Part shown: positions 21,737 through 29,059 of the stretch, piece by piece | Numbering within the stretch: the first letter of the stretch is position 1 | Layout: each line of letters begins with the position of its first letter | Assembly (NCBI GenBank): GCA_963763485.1 | Contig: CAVXOW010000008.1 | Span: 121,464-185,463 of the forward strand | From: an uncultured Alphaproteobacteria bacterium | Lineage (GTDB): Bacteria; Pseudomonadota; Alphaproteobacteria; Rhizobiales; Xanthobacteraceae | Length of the DNA: 64,000 bases | Direction of reading: 5' to 3' | Made by a program: the position numbers and the translations under genes | Notes under the pieces: generated by a model | Seen by the model: the letters and a program-made list of their open reading frames with translations, nothing else | Databases searched by the model: none | Told to the model about the DNA's origin: nothing

Positions 21737-21793
21737 GGAGACGCTCGGCTACCTTTCAGGGAATGCCGCGCCCCGACCGGCCTCAAGCCCGGC

Positions 21794-21822
21794 TTTACAG
21801 ACGCTTGCCCTGTGAGTTCTAC
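21794..21822 (+). promoter_or_regulatory. candidate promoter for paralogue 5 (TTTACA-N17-TTCTAC)
   Basis: GGCTTTACAG block 50 nt upstream of the ATG at 21872. Confidence 0.25.
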
Positions 21823-21871
21823 TGCCCTCCGCGAGACGCCGAAGACGGCGGGAAACAGTGGAGGACCAAGT

Positions 21872-23101
21872 ATGACCATCAATTCTCCGGCGCGCGTCGC
21901 GGCTCTGTCCGCGGCGTTGGTGGGGCTGGCGATCGCAGCGGCTCCTGCCAGCGCGCAGAAGAAATATGACACCGGGGCGACCGATACCGAGATCAAGATC
22001 GGCAACATCATGCCGTACTCGGGACCAGCGTCGGCCTACGGTGTGATCGGCAAGACCGAGGCCGCCTACTTCAACAAGATCAACACAGAGGGCGGGATCA
22101 ACGGCCGCAAGATCTTCTTCATCACCTATGACGACTCGTCGAGCCCGCCGAAGACTGTCGAGCAAGCCCGCAAACTCGTCGAGGGCGACGAGGTGTTCCT
22201 GATTTTCAATTCGCTTGGCACCGCCGCCAACTCGGCGATCCAGAAATACATGAACCAGAAAAAAGTGCCGCAACTGTTCGTTGCGACCGGCGCGACCAAG
22301 TGGGGCGATCCGAAGAATTTCCCATGGACCATGGGCTGGCAGCCCAACTACCAGACCGAGGGTCGCATCTACGCAAGATATATCCTCGACACCAAGCCGG
22401 ACGGCAAGATCGCCGTGCTCTACCAGAATGACGACTACGGCAAGGACTTGCTCAAGGGCCTGACGGACGGCCTCGGCGCCAAGGCAAACATGATCGTTGC
22501 AAAGGAGCCGTACGAGCTGACCGATCCGACGATCGACAATCACGTCGTCAGCCTCAAGACGAGTGGCGCCGATATCTACGTCGACATCACCACACCGAAA
22601 TTTGCCGCCCAGAGCCTCCGCAAAGTCAAAGAGCTCGGCTGGACGCCGCTGCATATCCTCAACAATGTCGCGTCCTCGATCGGCGGCGTGATCAAACCTG
22701 CCGGCTACGATACCGCGCAGGGCATCATCTCCGTCACCTACGGCAAGGACGTCACCGATCCGCAATGGAAGGATGATCCGGGCGTCAAGGATTACGACGC
22801 GTTCATTCAGAAGTGGTACCCCGACGCCAACCGCATCGACGGCAGCGTCGGCTACGGCATGATGCTGGCGCAGACGCTGGTGCAGGTGCTCAAGCAGTGC
22901 GGCGACGATCTGACGCGCGAGAACGTCATGAAGCAGGCCGCCAACCTGAAGGACTTCGAGCTCGGCCTCTTGCTGCCGGGTATCAAGATCAACACCTCGC
23001 CGACCGACTTCTATCCGATCGAGCAGGAGCAGCTGCAGAAGTTCCAGGGCGAGACCTGGGTCCGGTTCGGCCAGATCATTGCGGGTGAAGTTCGCGACTA
23101 G
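21872..23101 (+). CDS. ABC substrate-binding protein, paralogue 5 of 6
   Basis: The ORF 21812..23101 is trimmed to the ATG at 21872, after GGAGGA. The signal peptide ends ASA-QKKYDTGATDTEIKIGN. Confidence 0.9.
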   Translation: MTINSPARVAALSAALVGLAIAAAPASAQKKYDTGATDTEIKIGNIMPYSGPASAYGVIGKTEAAYFNKINTEGGINGRKIFFITYDDSSSPPKTVEQARKLVEGDEVFLIFNSLGTAANSAIQKYMNQKKVPQLFVATGATKWGDPKNFPWTMGWQPNYQTEGRIYARYILDTKPDGKIAVLYQNDDYGKDLLKGLTDGLGAKANMIVAKEPYELTDPTIDNHVVSLKTSGADIYVDITTPKFAAQSLRKVKELGWTPLHILNNVASSIGGVIKPAGYDTAQGIISVTYGKDVTDPQWKDDPGVKDYDAFIQKWYPDANRIDGSVGYGMMLAQTLVQVLKQCGDDLTRENVMKQAANLKDFELGLLLPGIKINTSPTDFYPIEQEQLQKFQGETWVRFGQIIAGEVRD

Positions 23102-23104
23102 ATT

Positions 23105-23176
23105 GAGCATGATCTTTTCGGAAAACCGGTATCCACCCCCGATCAAGTCGAGGGCATGCTTTTCTGGATCATGCTC
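23105..23176. repeat. MITE-like 72-bp element with terminal inverted repeats GAGCATGATC..GATCATGCTC
   Basis: The internal sequence TTCGGAAAACCGGTATCCACCCCCGATCAAGTCGAGGGCATGCTTTTCTGG is about 85 percent identical (by eye) to the copy at 27811..27881. Confidence 0.6.
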
Positions 23177-23228
23177 TGGCTTGCCGAAAACTGATTGACG
23201 GAACCCGCAACTGCATTTGGTTCGCAAC

Positions 23229-23265
23229 AAGGCTCTTCGCGCCCGCGCGGGGAGCCTTGTTTATT
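23229..23265 (+). terminator. hairpin AAGGCTC..GAGCCTT followed by GTTTATT
   Basis: Stem-loop AAGGCTCTTCGCGCCCGCGCGGGGAGCCTT with a T-rich tail, between paralogues 5 and 6. Confidence 0.4.
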
Positions 23266-23266
23266 C

Positions 23267-23283
23267 TGCGTCACGCTGACGCA
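23267..23283. promoter_or_regulatory. perfect inverted repeat TGCGTCA-CGC-TGACGCA, candidate operator upstream of paralogue 6
   Basis: A 7-3-7 perfect palindrome 141 nt upstream of the ATG at 23424. It has no counterpart upstream of the other five paralogues. Confidence 0.3.
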
Positions 23284-23423
23284 TTTCATAACACCTGCGT
23301 TTTGCATCAGGGCGCCCTGAAAAAATGACGCTACTGCGCATGCGTTCTGCGGGGCAAAGCAGCGCCAAGGCGTGGTCACGAACGACCAGCCTCAACGATC
23401 ATTTGAAGCGAAGAAGGAAACTC

Positions 23424-24644
23424 ATGGGCTTTCGTCTGAACCTCGTCGGCCTTTCTGCTGCCGCCCTGCTGGCGACCAGCAGCGCTGCGTTGGCGCAAAA
23501 AACCTACGACACCGGTGCAACCGATACCGAGATCAAGATCGGCAACATCATGCCGTATTCCGGCCCAGCGTCCGCCTATGGCGTGATCGGCAAGGCCGAA
23601 GCGGCCTACTTCAACAAGGTCAATGAGGAAGGCGGCATCAACGGCCGCAAGATCAACTTCATCTCCTATGACGACGCCTACTCGCCGCCGAAGGCGGTCG
23701 AGCAGGTGCGCAAGCTGGTCGAAGGCGACGAGGTGCTGCTGGTCTTCAATTCGCTCGGCACGCCGTCCAACACCGCGATCCAGAAATACCTCAACAGCAA
23801 GAAGGTGCCGCAGCTGTTCGTGGCCACCGGCGCCACCAAGTGGGGCGACCCAAAGAACTTCCCATGGACCATGGGCTGGCAGCCGACCTATCAGAGCGAG
23901 TCGCGCATCTATGCGAAGTACCTGTTGCAGAACAAGCCGGACGCCAAGATCGCGGTGATCTACCAGAACGACGACTACGGCAAGGACTACCTCAAGGGCT
24001 TGAAGGACGGGCTCGGGCCGAAGGCCGCGAGCATGATCGTCGCCGAGGAAAGCTACGAGGTCTCGGAGCCGACCATCGACTCCCACATCGTCAAGCTGAA
24101 ATCGAGCAATGCCGACGTCCTGTTCACGTTCGCAACGCCGAAATTCGCCGCGCAGACCATCAAGAAGCTTGGCGAGATCGGCTGGAAGCCGACGCACTTC
24201 CTGAACAACGTTTCGGCCTCGGTCGGCAGCGTGATCAAGCCGGCCGGCATGGACAACGCGCAGGGCATCATCTCCGCATCCTATGGGATGGATCCCACCG
24301 ACGGGCAGTGGAAGGACAATGCCGGCATGAAGGAATGGGTCGCCTTCATGGACAAGTACAACGCAAGCGCCGACAAGACCGACGCCGGCAACCTCTACGG
24401 CTATGCCGTCGCGCGCACCCTGGTTCAGGTGCTGAAGCAGAGTGGCGACAATCTCACCCGCGAGAACGTCATGAAGCAGGCTGCGAGTCTGAAGGATTTT
24501 GAGACTGGCACACTGCTGCCGGGGATCAAGATCAATACCTCGGCGACCGACTTCTACCCGATCGAGCAGCTGAAGTTGCAGCGCTTCAAGGGCGAGACCT
24601 GGGAGCTGTTCGGCGACGTCATGAGCGGCGAGATCAGGGACTGA
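23424..24644 (+). CDS. ABC substrate-binding protein, paralogue 6 of 6
   Basis: The ORF 23325..24644 is trimmed to the ATG at 23424, after GAAGGAAA. The signal peptide ends ALA-QKTYDTGATDTEIKIGN. Confidence 0.9.
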   Translation: MGFRLNLVGLSAAALLATSSAALAQKTYDTGATDTEIKIGNIMPYSGPASAYGVIGKAEAAYFNKVNEEGGINGRKINFISYDDAYSPPKAVEQVRKLVEGDEVLLVFNSLGTPSNTAIQKYLNSKKVPQLFVATGATKWGDPKNFPWTMGWQPTYQSESRIYAKYLLQNKPDAKIAVIYQNDDYGKDYLKGLKDGLGPKAASMIVAEESYEVSEPTIDSHIVKLKSSNADVLFTFATPKFAAQTIKKLGEIGWKPTHFLNNVSASVGSVIKPAGMDNAQGIISASYGMDPTDGQWKDNAGMKEWVAFMDKYNASADKTDAGNLYGYAVARTLVQVLKQSGDNLTRENVMKQAASLKDFETGTLLPGIKINTSATDFYPIEQLKLQRFKGETWELFGDVMSGEIRD

Positions 24645-24700
24645 TCAACGACGCCGATTGCGGTCCCGGCTGACACCGGGACCGCGCGACTAGAGACTGA

Positions 24701-24732
24701 CCCTCCACGGCAACACCGTGGAGGGTTTTTTT
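24701..24732 (+). terminator. rho-independent terminator ending the binding-protein array
   Basis: CCCTCCACGG-CAACA-CCGTGGAGGG followed by TTTTTTT. A second perfect hairpin, CGGTCCCGG..CCGGGACCG, lies at 24661..24684. Confidence 0.8.
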
Positions 24733-24752
24733 GTTGCCGGCGTTGTTCGACT

Positions 24753-24781
24753 TTGATCGCGTTGCGTTGATGCCATAATGT
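24753..24781 (+). promoter_or_regulatory. candidate sigma-70 promoter TTGATC-N17-TAATGT
   Basis: Good -35/-10 hexamers with 17-nt spacing, about 36 nt upstream of the 24817 start. Confidence 0.35.
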
Positions 24782-24816
24782 GCGCGTGAGACGAGGGGCT
24801 GAGGGTTCCATGCGCG

Positions 24817-25989
24817 GTGCCGGCATCCAGACAGGACGGTGGTTTGGCAATGCTGGCGCCTGACATCTCCTCCGCCGGACATGTCGTACTGACGGGCCGT
24901 TCGGACAAGAGCGATCCCGCAGACGCGCTCCGCGAGGCGCTACGCGCGATCGCAGAGCAATTGGCCAAGGCCGGCGCCGGCCCGCATCACCTGACGCAAA
25001 TGATCTGGGCGACGGCGGACGTTGCGGCGTTCCATCCGTCGCGCCGCGCCATCGATACCAGCTACCGCGAGGTGTTCGCCGGCTTTCGCCCAAAGCTGTT
25101 GCTGACCCGCACGAGCGTCCCGGGGCTCGTCGTCACGGCCCATGTGGCTCCGCCCGGGCCTCCCGATCCACATCCAATCTGGCGGACCTATTCGGCGCAA
25201 CAGCTCGCGCAGCAGTACAGCCCGCGATCGCAGGTTCCGGACGTCATCGCGGTGTTTGAGCAATGGACCAGGGACGGCACGGCGTTTCGCCGGGACCATC
25301 ATGGCCTCGACCTTGCCTACGGCCGCGAAGCCGCTGCCCGCCTTGATCTCTACCGACCGGCCGGAGGCGCTCGACAGCCACTCTGGGTCTACATTCACGG
25401 CGGCTACTGGCAGGCCATCACCAAGGAGCAGAACGCGCAGTTTGCCGCGGGGCTGGTGCGCTCGGGCTTCGCCGTCGCCAATCTGGATTACAGCTATTGT
25501 CCCGAGACGCCGCTACCGCAGATCGTTGCACAAATCCGCACCGCGCTGAAATTTCTGCGCCGCGAGGCTGACAACCTCGGCGTCGACGCCTCGCGCCTGC
25601 ACCTGATCGGCCATTCCGCCGGCGCCCATCTGGCCGCGATGCTGGCCGCGGATCCGGACTCGCCGCCGATCGCCTCGGCGCTGTTGATCTCCGGCGTGTT
25701 CGAGTTGAAACCGCTGGCGCTATTGCCGATGGGAGCGATCCTCGGCCTTACCGATCCGGCCGTCGTCCGGCGCAACTCGCCGATCAATTTTCGCCCGCGA
25801 CCCGGCTGTCGCGTCGGACTCGCGCTCGGCGCGCGCGAAAGCGACGAGTTCAAGCGGCAGAGCGCGGACCTCGCCGCGACCTGGCGAACCGATCCGCCGC
25901 TGATCGTCGCCGAGCGGACCCATTTCGACATCCTCGATGGGTTGATCGAAGGCGACCTGCTGCAGCTTGCGCTGAAGCTCGCGAAATGA
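24817..25989 (+). CDS. fusion protein: RidA/YjgF-like N-terminal domain plus alpha/beta hydrolase (arylformamidase/esterase-like)
   Basis: The N-terminal ~120 aa resemble RidA (ALREALRAIAEQLAKAGAGPHHLTQMIWATADVAAF..VVTAHV). The C-terminal part has HGGYW and the nucleophile elbow GHSAGAH. The start is uncertain (GTG 24817 or ATG 24850). Confidence 0.7.
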   Translation: MPASRQDGGLAMLAPDISSAGHVVLTGRSDKSDPADALREALRAIAEQLAKAGAGPHHLTQMIWATADVAAFHPSRRAIDTSYREVFAGFRPKLLLTRTSVPGLVVTAHVAPPGPPDPHPIWRTYSAQQLAQQYSPRSQVPDVIAVFEQWTRDGTAFRRDHHGLDLAYGREAAARLDLYRPAGGARQPLWVYIHGGYWQAITKEQNAQFAAGLVRSGFAVANLDYSYCPETPLPQIVAQIRTALKFLRREADNLGVDASRLHLIGHSAGAHLAAMLAADPDSPPIASALLISGVFELKPLALLPMGAILGLTDPAVVRRNSPINFRPRPGCRVGLALGARESDEFKRQSADLAATWRTDPPLIVAERTHFDILDGLIEGDLLQLALKLAK

Positions 25990-27290
25990 CGATCGCTGCG
26001 ATGGCCGACGATAAACGCAAGCTGCTGCGCCGGATCTTCGATGCCGCCGTGGCGCGTGCCCATCCGGCCCGCATGCTGGCAAAGCACCTGCCGCCGCCGC
26101 CGCCAGTAGGCCGCGTCATCTGCCTCGCCGCCGGCAAGGCCGCCGGCGCCATGGCTCAAGCGGCCGAGCACCATTATCTCGACCGGCTCGGCTTACCGCC
26201 GGAGCGCCTGGTCGGCATCGCGACGACACGGCACGGCCACGGCGTTCCGACCCGGCGCATCCGCGTGGTCGAGGCCGGCCACCCCGTACCTGATCAGGCG
26301 GGCCTGCAGGGCGCCGAGGATACGCTCAAGCTTGCCGCAACGGCGACGAAGGAAGATCTCGTGCTTGCCTTGCTGTCCGGGGGCGGCTCCGCGAACTGGA
26401 TTGCGCCGGCCGACGGCATCACCTTCGCGCAGAAACAGGATGTCACGCGGCAGTTGTTGCGCTCGGGCGCGCCGATCTCCGCCGTCAATGCCGTGCGCAA
26501 GCATTTGTCGCGCATCAAGGGTGGCCGGCTGGCGCGCGCCGCGGCACCCGCGCGCATCGTGACGCTCGCGATCTCCGACGTGCCGCATGACGATCCGGCA
26601 GTGATCGCCTCGGGCCCGACGGTGCCCGATGCGTCGACGCTGGCCGATGCCCGCGCCATCGTCGCGCACTATGGCCTCAAACTCGACGACGCGGTGCGGC
26701 GGGCGCTCGATGATCCCGCGAACGAGAGTTGCAAGCCGAATGATCCGGCCTTCGCCAATGCGACTTTTGAGCTGATCGCACGGCCACGCGACGCGCTGGA
26801 TGCGGCGATCGCGGCGACGCGGGCTGCAGGCTACGACACGCTCGATCTCGGCAGCGAGGTCGAGGGCGAAGCACGCGAGGTCGCGGCCGCCCACGCCGCG
26901 CTCGCGCGGGACGCCCGCGCTGCCGGGCGGCGGATTGCGATCCTTTCCGGCGGTGAGTTGACGGTCACTATCAAAGGAACAGGCCGTGGCGGGCCGAACC
27001 AGGAATATGCGCTGGCGCTGCTGGAAGCGCTCGGCGCGATGGACGGGATTGCGGCGCTCGCTGCCGACACCGACGGCGCCGATGGCGGCGCGGGGTCGGC
27101 GACCGATCCCGCCGGCGCCTTCGTCGATGCACACGCGGCGACGCGTGCCAGAACGCTCGGGCTGCGCCCGGCGGATTTCATCGCCAACAACGATGCGACC
27201 GGTTTTTTCGAAAAGACCGGGGACTTGCTGGTGACCGGCCCGACGCTCACCAACGTCAACGATGTGCGGATCCTGCTGATCGACCCCTAA
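25986..27290 (+). CDS. glycerate 2-kinase / hydroxypyruvate reductase-like protein (MOFRL family)
   Basis: 434-aa ORF. Its ATG overlaps the upstream stop (ATGA). It shows the MOFRL-type pattern (LAAGKAAGAMA, SGGGSA, ISAVNAVRKHLSRIKGG, GGPNQEYALA). Confidence 0.8.
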   Translation: MTIAAMADDKRKLLRRIFDAAVARAHPARMLAKHLPPPPPVGRVICLAAGKAAGAMAQAAEHHYLDRLGLPPERLVGIATTRHGHGVPTRRIRVVEAGHPVPDQAGLQGAEDTLKLAATATKEDLVLALLSGGGSANWIAPADGITFAQKQDVTRQLLRSGAPISAVNAVRKHLSRIKGGRLARAAAPARIVTLAISDVPHDDPAVIASGPTVPDASTLADARAIVAHYGLKLDDAVRRALDDPANESCKPNDPAFANATFELIARPRDALDAAIAATRAAGYDTLDLGSEVEGEAREVAAAHAALARDARAAGRRIAILSGGELTVTIKGTGRGGPNQEYALALLEALGAMDGIAALAADTDGADGGAGSATDPAGAFVDAHAATRARTLGLRPADFIANNDATGFFEKTGDLLVTGPTLTNVNDVRILLIDP

Positions 27291-27781
27291 AACTCCTGCG
27301 CAATCTTGGCCAGAATTCGCAGCAGTGCGGCACGATCGGACGCACCAAGCAGCGCGCTCAGCCGCGCCTCATGCTTTGCAGCAATGATCCTTCGCGCCCG
27401 CGCCAGCGCCGCTCGGCCCTTCTCGGTCAATGACAGCACATGCGAGCGGCGATCGGTCGCCGAGCGGGTCCGAATGCAGAGGCTGCGGGATTCGAGCCCG
27501 TCCAGCATCGCGACGAAATTCGGCCGGAGGATACCGAGCGCACCGGCGACCTCGGTCTGGTTGCGACCGGGATTGTTTTCGAGCAGCAACAGCACGGAAA
27601 ACTGCGCCGGGGTCAGCTGCAACGGGGCGACGCATTTGAGGAAATCCTCGTACAACTTCAGCTGCGCCCGCTTCAGCGCGTAACCAAGCAAGTCCGACAA
27701 CTCGCCAAGGTCGAGCGGCGCCGCCGCCCCCTCCTCCACAATCGCGCTTCGCGCCGCCCGCGCTGCCGCAACTTTCGCCAT
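27287..27781 (-). CDS. MarR family transcriptional regulator
   Basis: The ORF 27287..27838 is trimmed to the ATG at 27781..27779, after GAGGAGCAG. It has a winged HTH (LTPAQFSVLLLLENNPGRNQTEVAGALGILRPNFVAMLDGLE). Confidence 0.85.
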   Translation of the reverse strand: MAKVAAARAARSAIVEEGAAAPLDLGELSDLLGYALKRAQLKLYEDFLKCVAPLQLTPAQFSVLLLLENNPGRNQTEVAGALGILRPNFVAMLDGLESRSLCIRTRSATDRRSHVLSLTEKGRAALARARRIIAAKHEARLSALLGASDRAALLRILAKIAQEF

Positions 27782-27810
27782 CTGCTCCTCGTGAGACCTG
27801 CATTTTGCCT

Positions 27811-27881
27811 GCGCATGTCCGGTTCGGAAAACCGGCATCCGCCCCGATCAAGTCGAAGGCAGGCTTTTCCGGGACATGTGC
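27811..27881. repeat. MITE-like element, second copy of the 23105..23176 family
   Basis: Terminal arms GCGCATGTCCGG..CCGGGACATGTGC, internal TTCGGAAAACCGGCATCCGCCCCGATCAAGTCGAAGGCAGGCTTTTCC. It lies in the MarR/ABC divergent promoter region. Confidence 0.6.
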
Positions 27882-28016
27882 CGACTTGAGGTTATAGTCG
27901 CTAATTGTTATTGGCCATATCAATCATCGGCACAGCGCGCCTCGGCGCGTTGAAAGCCGGTACGGCACCCGCCACAATGATGCGGGACGGGCCAAAAGGC
28001 CTGCGGGGGGACCGGC

Positions 28017-29057
28017 TTGGATTCGACGATATTCCTGTTTTTGTTGCAGGACGGGATCACCAACGGCGCGATCTATGCGCTGCTCGGGCTCGCGACGGTG
28101 CTGGTGTTCGCGGTCACCCGCGTCATTCTGATTCCGCAGGGCGATTTCGTGACCTTCGGTGCGCTGACCTACGCGGCGCTGGCCACCGGTAAGCTGCCCG
28201 GCACGGTCGGACTCGTCGTGCTGATGGGCGTTGCAGCCTTCGGTTTCGAATTGTTGTCGATGCGACGGACTTTCGGCGCACGCCGGCTGTTGCGCGCGTT
28301 CGGCCTCTTCGTCGCGCTGCCGCTTGCGATCGCCGCCATTGCGATGGTGCTCGCGCCGCGCCGCTACGGCATCGCCGTTGACGTGCTGCTCACGATCATG
28401 ATCGTGGCGCCGCTCGGGCCTTACCTCTACCGCATCGCATTCCAGCCGATGGCTCAGGCTTCAGTGCTGACGCTGCTGATCGCATCGGTCGGCGCGCATT
28501 TGGCGCTGCTCGGCTACAGCCTGATCGTGTTCGGCGCCGAGGGCCTTCGCGGTCCGGAGTTGTCGAACCTGTCCGCCTCGCTTGGGCCACTGACCATCAC
28601 CGGGCAAAGCCTCAGCGTGTACGCCGTGACAATCGTCCTGATGATCGCGTTACGGCTGTTCTTCGGACGCACGCTGTACGGCAAGGCGCTGCGCGCCACC
28701 GCAGTCAATCGCATCGGCGCACGGCTTGTCGGCATCCGCACTTCGCTGTCCGGGCAGATTGCGTTCCTGCTCGCCGCCGCAATCGGCGCGATTTCGGGCG
28801 TGCTGCTCGCGCCGATCACGACGACCTACTACGACACCGGCTTCCTGATCGGGCTCAAAGGCTTTGTCGCGGCGATCATCGGCGGGCTTGCGAGCTATCC
28901 GGTGACGGCGCTGGCGGCGCTGGTGGTCGGTTTCGTCGAGGCGCTGTCGTCGTTCTACGCCAGCAACTACAAGGAAGTGATCGTCTTCACCTTGATCGTG
29001 CCGGTGCTGATGGCGCGCTCGCTCGCTTCGCCTGCCGTTGAAGACGAGCCGGACTGA
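28017..29057 (+). CDS. branched-chain amino acid-type ABC permease (LivH-like)
   Basis: 346-aa polytopic ORF with a TTG start ([26 protein letters not shown]). Confidence 0.85.
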   Translation: MDSTIFLFLLQDGITNGAIYALLGLATVLVFAVTRVILIPQGDFVTFGALTYAALATGKLPGTVGLVVLMGVAAFGFELLSMRRTFGARRLLRAFGLFVALPLAIAAIAMVLAPRRYGIAVDVLLTIMIVAPLGPYLYRIAFQPMAQASVLTLLIASVGAHLALLGYSLIVFGAEGLRGPELSNLSASLGPLTITGQSLSVYAVTIVLMIALRLFFGRTLYGKALRATAVNRIGARLVGIRTSLSGQIAFLLAAAIGAISGVLLAPITTTYYDTGFLIGLKGFVAAIIGGLASYPVTALAALVVGFVEALSSFYASNYKEVIVFTLIVPVLMARSLASPAVEDEPD

Positions 29058-29059
29058 TC

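Noticed and set aside
21749-23230. 493-aa ORF on the minus strand.
   Set aside because: It lies entirely antisense to binding-protein paralogue 5 and the adjacent MITE. Its Arg/Gly/Asp/Leu-rich low-complexity translation is typical of shadow ORFs in high-GC DNA, whereas the plus strand encodes a clearly family-like protein.
15991-24644. Whether the six-gene array might be an assembly artefact such as a mis-resolved repeat.
   Set aside because: The copies differ substantially at the DNA and protein level. Their intergenic regions have different lengths and content, including a unique MITE and palindrome. A collapsed or expanded identical repeat is therefore unlikely. Read depth would still be the formal check.
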